Source of the DNA: Candidatus Gallimonas intestinigallinarum
Lineage (GTDB): Bacteria > Bacillota > Clostridia > Christensenellales > Borkfalkiaceae
Direction: 5' to 3'
Assembly (NCBI GenBank): GCA_944338075.1
Contig: CALVLM010000011.1
Location: 403-64,402, forward strand
Length of the DNA: 64,000 nucleotides
Of the stretch, positions 8,984-17,678 are shown in pieces (positions within the stretch are counted from its first letter, which is position 1; each line of letters starts with the position of its first letter). Both the position numbers and the translations under genes were made by a program. The notes beneath the pieces were generated by a model that ran no database searches, was not told the origin of the DNA, and worked only from the letters and a program-made list of their open reading frames with translations.

Positions 8984-10717
8984 TCAGATTCTCTTGTCCT
9001 CGTGGTAGTGGGTGTGCAGGACCTCGTGCGACTTGTGGCTGTTGGGGAAGATGAAGTAATCTTCGTACAGCATGTCGATGACGGGGGAGCCGGAGGAGCG
9101 GCGGAGCTCGTTCTGGTTGTCGCTCATATACAGCGCCTTGGCGCGCGTCTCCTTGAGTTCGGTGGAGTTGCGCACGCTGTCCGAGAGCGTGGGCTGACCG
9201 CCGCCGTTGACGCAGCCGCCCGGGCACGCCATGATCTCGACGAAGTCGTACTTCTTCTCGCCCGACTTGATCTGCTCGAGGAGCGTCGCGGCATTTTCAA
9301 GCCCGGAAGCGACGGCAACGCGCAGGGTGTGTCCCGCGACGAGGAAGGTCGCCTCCTTGATGGGGTTGGAACCGCGCACGGCAAAGAAGTCGAGCACTTC
9401 AAAGTTGCCGTCCAGCATGTGCGCCGCCGTTCTCAGCGCCGCTTCCATGACGCCGCCCGTCGCGCCGAAGATGGCGCCGCCGCCCGTCGCGGTCGCGAAG
9501 GGGTTGTCGAACTCTTCGTCGGGCAGCTCCGTAAACTTGATGCCCGCGGTCTTGATCATGCGCGCAAGTTCGCGCGTCGTGATCGCCGCATTGACTTCGC
9601 CCTCCATTTCGGGGCGATGGCACTCGTACTTCTTCGCCGTGCAGGGGATGACGGAGACGGTATAGAGATCCTCGGGACGGATGTGGTGTTTTTCGCACCA
9701 GTACGTCTTGAGGAGCGCGCCGAACATCTGCTGGGGCGACTTACAGGACGAGAGGTGGGGGATCATCTCGGGATACTTCTGCTCCACGAACTTGACCCAC
9801 GCGGGGCAGCAGGAGGTGAACATGGGCATGGGCTTGCCCGTCTTGATGCGGTTGATGAGCTCGCTCGCCTCTTCCATGATGGTCAGGTCCGCGGTCACGT
9901 CCATGTTGAACACTTCGCAGGGACCCAGACGGCGGATCGCGGCGACCATCTTGCCCTGAACGTTGGTGCCGATGGGCATATCGAACGCCTCGCCCAGTGT
10001 CGCGCGGATGGAGGGCGCCGTGAAGAACACGACCTTCTTGGTCGGATCCGCGAACGCCTTCCAGACCTCGTCGATCGTGGAGCGCTCGGAGAGCGCGCCG
10101 ACGGGGCAGGCGACGATGCACTGACCGCAGCCCACGCACACCGATTCAAAGAGGGGCATATCGAACGCGCTGCCGATATGCACGTTGAAGCCGCGCCCGA
10201 TGGGGCCGATCGCGTTGACGTGTTGCTTTCTGCACGCCGCGACGCAGCGCATGCAGTTGATGCACTTGTCGTTGTCTCTCACCACGTAGGGCGCGGAGGT
10301 ATCGATTGGCAGGACGAAGTCCTCGCCCTTGAATCTGTCCTCGTCCACGCCGTAGCCGAGGGAGAGCTTCTGCAATTCGCAGTTGTGGTTTCTCTCGCAG
10401 GAGAGGCACTTTTTCTTGTGCTTGGAGAGGAGCAGCTCCAGCGTCATCTTTCTGCTTTCGCGGCACTTCTCGGTATTCGTTCTGACCTCCATGCCCTCGG
10501 CGACGGGGTACACGCACGCGGCGACGAGACCTCTCGCGCCCGTCGCTTCCACGACGCACATACGGCAGGAGCCGACGCAGGAGACGTCCTTCAAGTAGCA
10601 CAGCGTAGGGATCTCGATGTGCGCCTTTCTCGCCGCCTGCAAAATGGTCGTTCCCTCGGGAACGGTCACGGAAATATTGTTGATGGTCAACGTAACGTCT
10701 TTTGCCATGTTACTCAC
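8984..10717 (-). CDS. hydA: [FeFe] hydrogenase catalytic subunit, group A3/bifurcating type
   Basis: N-terminal 2Fe-2S and 4Fe-4S Cys motifs. H-cluster motifs are FTSCCPAWV, PCTAKKYE and EIMACPGGCVNGGGQP. Confidence 0.92.
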   Translation of the reverse strand: MSNMAKDVTLTINNISVTVPEGTTILQAARKAHIEIPTLCYLKDVSCVGSCRMCVVEATGARGLVAACVYPVAEGMEVRTNTEKCRESRKMTLELLLSKHKKKCLSCERNHNCELQKLSLGYGVDEDRFKGEDFVLPIDTSAPYVVRDNDKCINCMRCVAACRKQHVNAIGPIGRGFNVHIGSAFDMPLFESVCVGCGQCIVACPVGALSERSTIDEVWKAFADPTKKVVFFTAPSIRATLGEAFDMPIGTNVQGKMVAAIRRLGPCEVFNMDVTADLTIMEEASELINRIKTGKPMPMFTSCCPAWVKFVEQKYPEMIPHLSSCKSPQQMFGALLKTYWCEKHHIRPEDLYTVSVIPCTAKKYECHRPEMEGEVNAAITTRELARMIKTAGIKFTELPDEEFDNPFATATGGGAIFGATGGVMEAALRTAAHMLDGNFEVLDFFAVRGSNPIKEATFLVAGHTLRVAVASGLENAATLLEQIKSGEKKYDFVEIMACPGGCVNGGGQPTLSDSVRNSTELKETRAKALYMSDNQNELRRSSGSPVIDMLYEDYFIFPNSHKSHEVLHTHYHEDKRI

Positions 10718-10718
10718 C

Positions 10719-12611
10719 TCACTGTCTCACGACTGCGCCAAACTTGCAGTTCGCCATACATACGCCGCACTTGATGCAGATATCCTTGTCGATGACGTGC
10801 ACCTCGCGCACCTTGCCGGAAATGGCGTGGGTAGGGCAGTTGCGCGCACAGAGCGTACAGCCGCGGCACTTGGTGGGATCGATGGAATAGGTCAGCAGCG
10901 CCTTACATACGCCTGCGTCACAGTGCTTCTTTTCAATGTGGTCCACATACTCCTGACGGAAGTAGCGGAGGGTGGAAAGGATGGGGTTGGGCGCGGACTG
11001 CCCCAGCGCACAAAGCGAGGATTGCTTCATGTGCGAGGCGAGTTCCTCGATCTTGACGAGGTCCTCCGGCTCGCCCTTGCCCTCGGTGATCTTGGTGAGC
11101 AGCTGTAAAAGCCGCTTGGTGCCGATGCGGCAGGGCGTACACTTGCCGCAGCTCTCGTCCGCGGTGAATTCCAGGTAGAACTTGGAGATGTCCACCATGC
11201 AGGTGTCCTCGTCGAGGATGATCATGCCGCCCGAGCCCATCATGGAGCCGATCGCGAGCAGGCTGTCATAGTCGATGGGGGTGTCGATGCACTCTGCGGG
11301 GATGCACCCGCCCGAAGGTCCGCCTGTCTGAGCCGCCTTGAACTTCTTGCCGCCCGGAATACCGCCGCCGATCTCCTCGACGATCTCGCGGAGCGTCGTG
11401 CCCATGGGAACTTCCACGAGGCCGACGTTGGTGATCTTGCCGCCGAGCGCGAACACCTTGGTGCCCGTCGAGGTCTGCGTGCCGATCTTGGCGAACCATG
11501 CCGCGCCGTTGACGATGATGGGGTTGACGTTCGCCCAGGTCTCCACGTTGTTGAGGATGGTGGGCTTGCCGAAGAGTCCCTTGACGGCAGGGAAGGGGGG
11601 ACGGGGACGGGGTTCGCCGCGGTGACCCTCGATGGAGGTCATCAGCGCCGTTTCCTCGCCGCAGACGAACGCGCCCGCGCCGAGGCGGATTTCGATGTCA
11701 AAGTCGAAGCCGAGCCCTAAGATGTCCTTGCCCAGCAGCCCGTATTCGCGCGCCTGCTTGATCGCGATCTTGAGGCGCTCGACGGCGACGGGGTACTCTG
11801 CACGCACATAGATATAGCCCTGATGCGCGCCGATCGCATAGCCCGCGATGGTCATTGCCTCCAGCACGCAGTGGGGATCGCCCTCCAGCACGGAGCGGTC
11901 CATGAACGCGCCGGGGTCGCCCTCGTCGGCGTTGCAGCAGACGTACTTGATATCGCCGGCCGAAGCCTTTGCAAACGACCACTTTCTGCCCGTCGGAAAG
12001 CCCGCGCCGCCTCTGCCGCGCAGCCCGGAGGCGGACATCTCGTTGATGACGTCGTCGGGCGTCATGCTCGTTAATACCTTTTCCAGCGCCGCGTAGTCGC
12101 CCGCCGCGATGGCTTCCTCGATATCCTCGGGCGCGATGACGCCGCAGTTTCTCAGCGCAATGCGCATCTGCTTTTTATAGAAGGGGGTCTCCGCAAAGGG
12201 GATGATGGTGCCGTCCTCAGCGACCGTGCCCTGATAGAGAAGCTCTTTGACGATCTTGCCGCCCTTGACAAGGTGCTGTTCGGCGACCGTCTTGACGTGC
12301 TCGGGGGTCATCTGCGCATAGAACGCGCCCTCGGGATAGACGATCATGATAGGGCCGAGCGCGCACAGACCAAAGCACCCCGTCTTTACGACGAGCACGT
12401 CGGTGATGCCCAGCTCCTGCAGGGACTGCTCCAGCTGCGCGATGACCTTCATCGAGTGCGAGGATGTGCAGCCCGTACCGCCGCAGACGAGGACCTGCTT
12501 TCTGTAGCCCGTCTGCTTGGCGAGTTTTTCGCCCTGTTCGCGCACGACGCGCCTGACGTCGATGAGTGCCTTTTTCTTCTGACGGATGGCGTCAAGTTCC
12601 TTGATGGTCAT
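10719..12611 (-). CDS. hydB: NuoF-like NAD(P)H/FMN-binding hydrogenase subunit
   Basis: GLRGRGGAGFPTGRKW, the FMN/NADH site, a C-terminal ESCGKCTPCR cluster and 2x[4Fe-4S] ferredoxin motifs. Thioredoxin-like N-terminus. Confidence 0.92.
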   Translation of the reverse strand: MTIKELDAIRQKKKALIDVRRVVREQGEKLAKQTGYRKQVLVCGGTGCTSSHSMKVIAQLEQSLQELGITDVLVVKTGCFGLCALGPIMIVYPEGAFYAQMTPEHVKTVAEQHLVKGGKIVKELLYQGTVAEDGTIIPFAETPFYKKQMRIALRNCGVIAPEDIEEAIAAGDYAALEKVLTSMTPDDVINEMSASGLRGRGGAGFPTGRKWSFAKASAGDIKYVCCNADEGDPGAFMDRSVLEGDPHCVLEAMTIAGYAIGAHQGYIYVRAEYPVAVERLKIAIKQAREYGLLGKDILGLGFDFDIEIRLGAGAFVCGEETALMTSIEGHRGEPRPRPPFPAVKGLFGKPTILNNVETWANVNPIIVNGAAWFAKIGTQTSTGTKVFALGGKITNVGLVEVPMGTTLREIVEEIGGGIPGGKKFKAAQTGGPSGGCIPAECIDTPIDYDSLLAIGSMMGSGGMIILDEDTCMVDISKFYLEFTADESCGKCTPCRIGTKRLLQLLTKITEGKGEPEDLVKIEELASHMKQSSLCALGQSAPNPILSTLRYFRQEYVDHIEKKHCDAGVCKALLTYSIDPTKCRGCTLCARNCPTHAISGKVREVHVIDKDICIKCGVCMANCKFGAVVRQ

Positions 12612-13108
12612 GCCTGTGCCTCCTTTCTGTAGCCGTCAAGGATGCCCTTGACCATCTCGGGCGTGAGTTTGCCGTGCACTTCCTCGTTGATCATGAGGAC
12701 GGGCGCAAGCCCGCACGCGCCCACGCAGCGGCAGCTGTCGATGGAGAACATGCCATCCTCCGTGCATTCGCCGCACTTGATGCCCAGCTCCTTTTCCACT
12801 TCGGCAAGGATCTTGTCCGAGCCCTTGACGTAGCACGCCGTCCCCAGGCACACGCTCACGCGGTACTTGCCCTTGGGCTTGAGCGAGAACTGGGAGTAGA
12901 AGGTGACGACGCCGTACACCTCCGCAAGCGAGATCCCCAGACCCTCCGCGATCGTCTTCTGGACGGGGAGAGGGAGATAGCCGTAAATGCCCTGTGCCTC
13001 CTGCAGGATGTGCATCAGACACCCGGGGGTCGTGCGGGACTCTTCGATGACAGCCTGAAGCTTCTCCAGCTGTTCGGGCGTGCCGCACGCGCCTTCGCAT
13101 TCTTTCAT
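12608..13108 (-). CDS. hydC: NuoE-like 2Fe-2S hydrogenase subunit
   Basis: CLGTACYVKG..C..VGACGLAP motif. The start was moved to the internal Met (MKECEG) at 13108, which is preceded by AAGGAGG. The track start is 13171. Confidence 0.88.
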   Translation of the reverse strand: MKECEGACGTPEQLEKLQAVIEESRTTPGCLMHILQEAQGIYGYLPLPVQKTIAEGLGISLAEVYGVVTFYSQFSLKPKGKYRVSVCLGTACYVKGSDKILAEVEKELGIKCGECTEDGMFSIDSCRCVGACGLAPVLMINEEVHGKLTPEMVKGILDGYRKEAQA

Positions 13109-13185
13109 AACAATCCTCCTTATCTTGATGCGAATTTCTCTGCCGCGTTTTGGGAAACGGGAGAAAAACAAAATGACATAAATTG

Positions 13186-13214
13186 ATTATATCACGGACG
13201 CAAAAATTTTTCAA
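13186..13214 (-). promoter_or_regulatory. Candidate promoter of hydCBA
   Basis: Minus strand reads TTGAAA, 17-nt spacer, TATAAT, with a TGn extended -10. Confidence 0.45.
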
Positions 13215-13300
13215 TAGAATTTGAGAAAATGTAAAAAATTGTCGTTGATTTTTTCAATTTTTTCGCGTGCGCATACAGAGGAATTGATTGGGAAAAGCGT

Positions 13301-13329
13301 TTGACATTGCCATTTCCTTGTGTTAGAAT
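13301..13329 (+). promoter_or_regulatory. Candidate promoter of glgP
   Basis: TTGACA, 17-nt spacer, TAGAAT, with a TGT extended -10. It lies ~50 nt upstream of the ATG. Confidence 0.45.
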
Positions 13330-13380
13330 AAAAAATCGGCGAACGAACAAATTTATTTACGTTACGAGGTTGAAATTATC

Positions 13381-15687
13381 ATGCATTTCGATCAGAAGAA
13401 TTTCCTTGCCGACGTGGAGCGCGTGCTCCATGCGGAATACGCCTGCGACATCAAGTCCGCGGGCAAGTATGAACTCTATAATGCAGTTTCCCGCGCGGTG
13501 ATGGAGGAGGCGTTCGAGGACTGGAACCGCGAAAAGACCTCCGATCGCCGCCGCTGCGGTTATTTTTCGGCGGAGTTCCTGATGGGGCGCGCCATCTACT
13601 CCAATCTTTTGAATCTCGGCATTCTGGACGGCGTCAACGAGGCGCTTGCCTCCGTGGGCGAGGACCTCAAGCAGTTTGAGGAGGTCGAGGACGCGGCGCT
13701 CGGCAACGGGGGCCTCGGCAGGCTCGCGGCGTGCTATCTGGAGAGCGCGGCGTCCAAGAACATCGCCCTGGACGGCTACGGCATCCGCTACCGCTACGGG
13801 CTGTTCCGCCAGACGTTTGTGGACGGCTACCAGCACGAGGAAGGGGACGACTGGCTCAGGTGGGGAGATCCCTGGAGCGTACGCATCGAGCGCGACGCGG
13901 TGCTCGTGAAGTTTGCCGACCAGACGGTCAGGGCAGTTCCCTATGATATGCCCATCTTCGGCTACAAGAACGGCGTCGTCAATACGCTGCGCCTGTGGCA
14001 GAGCGAGCCCGTGCAGGCGTTCGACTTTGCCTCCTTCAACGATATGAAGGGCGAAGTCAAGGCGACGGATAACTTCAACGCGACCAAGATCACCGACGTG
14101 CTCTATCCCAACGACAACACGATGGTCGGCAAGATCCTGCGCCTTCGTCAGCAGTACTTTATGGTCAGCGCGTCGCTGCAGGATATCGTCAGAAAGTTCA
14201 AGGCGACGGGCAAGTCTCTAAAGCAGCTGCCCGAGAAGTGGTGCTTCCAGCTCAACGACACCCACCCCGTCATCGCCATCCCCGAGCTTCTGCGCATCCT
14301 GCAGACGGAAGGACTCTCCTTTGACGAGGCGTTCGAGGTCTGCGCCGCTTGCTTCAACTTCACCAACCACACCATCATGGCGGAGGCGCTGGAGAAGTGG
14401 GACGCCCTGGCGCTCTCCGATCTTCTGCCCGACGTCTACGAGCAGATCCTCAACTGCCAGAGAAAGCTGGAGGCAGACGGGCTGGATCCGAATGCCTTTT
14501 ACATCGTGCGCGACAACGTCATTCACATGGCGAACCTCGCGATCTTCGTTTCCTCGCACGTCAACGGCGTCGCAGAGATCCACACCAATATCTTAAAGAC
14601 GCAGACCTTCAAAAACTGGTACGAGCGCTTCCCGGAAAAGTTTGTCAACATCACCAACGGCATCACGCCCCGCCGCTGGCTGCTTCTCAACAACCCCGAA
14701 CTTGCGCGCGTCATCGACGGGAAGATCGGCGCCGGCTGGCACACCGAGCTCTCCGAGCTCAAAAAGCTCACGCCTTACCTTGCCGAGATTCTGCCCGACT
14801 TCAAGCGCATCAAGCACGCAAACAAGGAGAAACTCGCCGCCTATATCCGCGCGCACGAGGGCGTGGAGGTCTCCCCCGACTTCATCTTTGATGTACAGGT
14901 CAAGCGTCTGCACGAGTACAAGCGCCAGATGCTCAATGCGCTGAGTGTGCTTTACTTCTACTTCGGCATCAAGGACGGCTCGATCACCGACTTCCCGCCC
15001 ACGGCGTTCCTGTTCGGCGCAAAGGCGGCGCCCGGCTACTATATGGCAAAGGCGATCATCAAGTTCATCAACGAGATCGCCAACCTTGTCAACAACGATC
15101 CCGACGTCCACGACAAGATGAAGGTCGTGTTCATGCAGAATTATAACGTCTCCTATGCGGAAAAGATCGTCTGCGCGGCGGATATCTCCGAGCAGATCTC
15201 AATGGCGGGCATGGAGGCATCGGGCACGGGCAACATGAAGTTCATGCTCAACGGCACCGTGACGCTCGGCACAATGGACGGCGCGAACGTGGAGATCTGT
15301 GAGGAAGCGGGCAGAGAGAACAACTATATCTTCGGCGCGACGGTGGAAGAGGTCGCGGCGGTCAAGAAGTACTATTGCCCCCGCGAGCAGGTGGAGGGCA
15401 ATCCCCGCCTCAAGCGCGCGCTGGAGACGCTCATCGACGGCACCTTCCCCGATGAGGCGGGCATGCTGAAAAAGCTGTACGAGAGCATGGTCAGTGGCTA
15501 TGAGCCGGACAGATATCTCGTCCTCTATGATTTCGCCGACTATGTGCGCGTCAAGGAGCAGCTTCTGCGGGACTATGGCTCGGACGAGTACTTCATGAAG
15601 TGTCTTATCAACCTTGCCAATGTGGGCAAGTTCTCGGCGGACCGCTCCGTCACTGACTACGCAAATCTCATCTGGCATCTGAACTGA
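13381..15687 (+). CDS. glgP: Glycogen/maltodextrin phosphorylase
   Basis: 768 aa with the PLP-lysine motif EASGTGNMKFMLNG, plus GNGGLGRLAAC and TNHT motifs. Confidence 0.95.
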   Translation: MHFDQKNFLADVERVLHAEYACDIKSAGKYELYNAVSRAVMEEAFEDWNREKTSDRRRCGYFSAEFLMGRAIYSNLLNLGILDGVNEALASVGEDLKQFEEVEDAALGNGGLGRLAACYLESAASKNIALDGYGIRYRYGLFRQTFVDGYQHEEGDDWLRWGDPWSVRIERDAVLVKFADQTVRAVPYDMPIFGYKNGVVNTLRLWQSEPVQAFDFASFNDMKGEVKATDNFNATKITDVLYPNDNTMVGKILRLRQQYFMVSASLQDIVRKFKATGKSLKQLPEKWCFQLNDTHPVIAIPELLRILQTEGLSFDEAFEVCAACFNFTNHTIMAEALEKWDALALSDLLPDVYEQILNCQRKLEADGLDPNAFYIVRDNVIHMANLAIFVSSHVNGVAEIHTNILKTQTFKNWYERFPEKFVNITNGITPRRWLLLNNPELARVIDGKIGAGWHTELSELKKLTPYLAEILPDFKRIKHANKEKLAAYIRAHEGVEVSPDFIFDVQVKRLHEYKRQMLNALSVLYFYFGIKDGSITDFPPTAFLFGAKAAPGYYMAKAIIKFINEIANLVNNDPDVHDKMKVVFMQNYNVSYAEKIVCAADISEQISMAGMEASGTGNMKFMLNGTVTLGTMDGANVEICEEAGRENNYIFGATVEEVAAVKKYYCPREQVEGNPRLKRALETLIDGTFPDEAGMLKKLYESMVSGYEPDRYLVLYDFADYVRVKEQLLRDYGSDEYFMKCLINLANVGKFSADRSVTDYANLIWHLN

Positions 15688-15699
15688 CAAAAAACAGCT

Positions 15700-15727
15700 G
15701 CGCCCGCGCGAATTCTCGCGCGGGCGC
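15700..15727. terminator. GC-rich hairpin in the convergent glgP/ridA gap
   Basis: 12-bp stem GCGCCCGCGCGA / TCGCGCGGGCGC. The T run is on the minus-strand side only. Confidence 0.5.
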
Positions 15728-15746
15728 AATGATCATATAATAAAAG

Positions 15747-15780
15747 CCGCGCCGTTTCGCATTTGTGCGAAACGGCGCGG
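15747..15780. terminator. Second hairpin terminator in the glgP/ridA gap
   Basis: 15-bp stem CCGCGCCGTTTCGCA / TGCGAAACGGCGCGG with a 4-nt loop. Confidence 0.55.
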
Positions 15781-15796
15781 TTGCTATTTCATCACT

Positions 15797-16171
15797 TCAG
15801 TCGCAAAGGGCGATGACTTCGATCTCGGCAAGTACGTTCTTGGGGAGTGTCCTGACGGCGACGCAGCTTCTGGCGGGCTTGCCCGTGAAGTAACTGCCGT
15901 AGACCTCGTTGAATGCCGCAAAGTCCGCCATGTCGGCTAAAAAGCAGGTCGTCTTGACGACTTTTTCCAGAGAGCTTCCCGCTGCCGCAAGCACGGCTTT
16001 GAGGTTCTCGCAGATGCGCGTCGTCTGCTCCCTGATGCCGCCCTCGACGACGGCGCCCGTCTCGGGGACGAGTGCGATCTGTCCGGACGTAAAGACCATT
16101 CCGTTTGCCTTGACCGCCTGGGAATAGGGTCCGATGGCGGCGGGGGCGAGAGGGGTGTGTACGGTTTGCAT
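15797..16171 (-). CDS. ridA: RidA/YjgF family reactive-intermediate deaminase
   Basis: 124 aa. Carries [38 protein letters not shown]. Confidence 0.92.
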   Translation of the reverse strand: MQTVHTPLAPAAIGPYSQAVKANGMVFTSGQIALVPETGAVVEGGIREQTTRICENLKAVLAAAGSSLEKVVKTTCFLADMADFAAFNEVYGSYFTGKPARSCVAVRTLPKNVLAEIEVIALCD

Positions 16172-16186
16172 ATTGATACCTCCTGA

Positions 16187-17392
16187 TCAGAGCGTCTCGC
16201 AGAGCTTGAAGCCCGCGTCTGTCAACGCCTTTTTGATTTCATTGATCTGTGCGAAGTCGCGCGTCTCCATGTCGATGCGCAGGTAGCAGCCGATGACCTC
16301 GCTGCCTGCGTTGGCATGTTCGTGGTGGACGCCGACGACGTTCGCGCCGCACTTTGCAATGATCTGTGATACGGCGACGAGCTGCCCGGGCTTGTCCAGA
16401 AGCTCGATGTTCAGCGTGCACTGTCTGCCGCTCGTCACAAGTCCGCGCGTGATGACGCGGCTCAAGATGGTGACGTCGATATTGCCGCCCGAGACGAGGC
16501 AGCACACCTTCTTGCCGTCCAGCTGGGGGAGTTTGCCCGCCATGATGGCGGCAACGGGCGTCGCGCCCGCGCCCTCGGCGACCAGCTTCTCCTTTTCGAT
16601 GAGTGCGAGGATGGCGGTGCAGATCTCGTCCTCGGTGACGGTGACAACGCCGTCGACGTACTCCTTGCAGTATTGGAAGGTGTGCTCGCCCGGTTGCTTG
16701 ACGGCGATGCCGTCCGCGATCGTCGAGACGGAGTCAAGACATTCGATCTTGCCGTCTTTGAGCGAGAGAGCCATGCTGGGCGCGCCCGCCGCCTGTACGC
16801 CGTACACCTGCACATGGGGTGCAAGGTGCTTGATTGCAAACGCGACGCCCGCGATCAGCCCGCCGCCGCCGATGGGCACGACAACCGCGTCCACGCCCGA
16901 AAGCTGGGACAAGATCTCCATGCCGATGGTCGCCTGACCCGCGATGACGTCCTCGTCGTCAAAGGGGTGGATGAAAGTGTAGCCGTACTCCTTTTGCAGC
17001 TCGACCGACTTCTGGTATGCGTCGTCATACACGCCGTGCACGAGGCAGATATCCGCCCCGTAGCTGCGCGTCGCCTCTACCTTGGAGATGGGCGCGCCGT
17101 CGGGCAGGCAGATGAGCGCCTTGATGCCGTTCTTCTGCGCCGCGAGCGCGACGCCCTGCGCGTGGTTGCCTGCCGAGCAGGCGATGACGCCCCGCGCCTT
17201 TTCCTCGGATGAGAGCTGCGAGATTTTATAATACGCGCCCCTGATCTTGAAGGAGCCCGTCTTTTGCAGGTTCTCTGCCTTGATGAACAGCTCGCAGCGG
17301 TCGGTGAGCTTGCTTGTGGGCATGATGTCCGTTTCGTAGAGCGCTTCTTTCAGGACGCTCTGTGCATGTCTGATCTTATCGAGTGTAAGCAT
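16187..17392 (-). CDS. ilvA: Threonine ammonia-lyase (PLP-dependent, C-terminal ACT-like domain)
   Basis: PLP lysine motif QKTGSFKIRGA and a GGGGL loop. The start was moved to Met12 (17392), because the track start at 17425 lies immediately downstream of the -10 hexamer. Confidence 0.9.
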   Translation of the reverse strand: MLTLDKIRHAQSVLKEALYETDIMPTSKLTDRCELFIKAENLQKTGSFKIRGAYYKISQLSSEEKARGVIACSAGNHAQGVALAAQKNGIKALICLPDGAPISKVEATRSYGADICLVHGVYDDAYQKSVELQKEYGYTFIHPFDDEDVIAGQATIGMEILSQLSGVDAVVVPIGGGGLIAGVAFAIKHLAPHVQVYGVQAAGAPSMALSLKDGKIECLDSVSTIADGIAVKQPGEHTFQYCKEYVDGVVTVTEDEICTAILALIEKEKLVAEGAGATPVAAIMAGKLPQLDGKKVCCLVSGGNIDVTILSRVITRGLVTSGRQCTLNIELLDKPGQLVAVSQIIAKCGANVVGVHHEHANAGSEVIGCYLRIDMETRDFAQINEIKKALTDAGFKLCETL

Positions 17393-17427
17393 TCTGTTCC
17401 TCTGAACGCATAGATTGCGTAACAAAA

Positions 17428-17456
17428 ATTATACGCCCATTGCGGGCGTTTGTCAA
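17428..17456 (-). promoter_or_regulatory. Consensus promoter of ilvA-ridA
   Basis: Minus strand reads TTGACA (17456-17451), 17-nt spacer, TATAAT (17433-17428). Confidence 0.6.
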
Positions 17457-17518
17457 TCATTTGCAGGCCCTGTACCTTTCACGCGGCGAATGGGCGCAAT
17501 CGGTGTCATGCATTACGC

Positions 17519-17530
17519 GGGGGGGGGGGG
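17519..17530. repeat. G12 homopolymer between divergent promoters
   Basis: Twelve consecutive G, counted directly in the sequence. Confidence 0.95.
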
Positions 17531-17571
17531 AAGGGCGCCTCTTCCCGCGGTGTAAAAATATATAGCGGGTA

Positions 17572-17600
17572 TTGACAAATCATGGGGGGGGGGTTATAAT
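17572..17600 (+). promoter_or_regulatory. Perfect-consensus promoter of the fused ABC transporter, with a G10 tract inside the spacer
   Basis: TTGACA (17572-17577), 17-nt spacer, TATAAT (17595-17600). Spacer positions 17584-17593 are G10. Confidence 0.65.
17584..17593. repeat. G10 homopolymer (simple-sequence contingency-type tract)
   Basis: Ten consecutive G, counted directly in the sequence. Confidence 0.95.
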
Positions 17601-17678
17601 AGAGAGGTGCTTCAGACTTTAGAAAAGTGTGGCGTTACGGTTATAGCCGGAAGTATATGAAAAAACAGGAGAAGGAAT

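Noticed and set aside
8957-10774. 605-aa plus-strand ORF opposite hydA, and similar ORFs opposite hydB and hydC (for example 12636-13214)
   Set aside because: The opposite strand carries unmistakable H-cluster and NuoF/NuoE motifs. These are antisense ORFs with low-complexity Arg/Gly/Asp content.
17519-17593. G-quadruplex formation by the poly-G tracts
   Set aside because: Only two G runs are present and they are 53 nt apart. The promoter-spacer slippage explanation fits the geometry much better.
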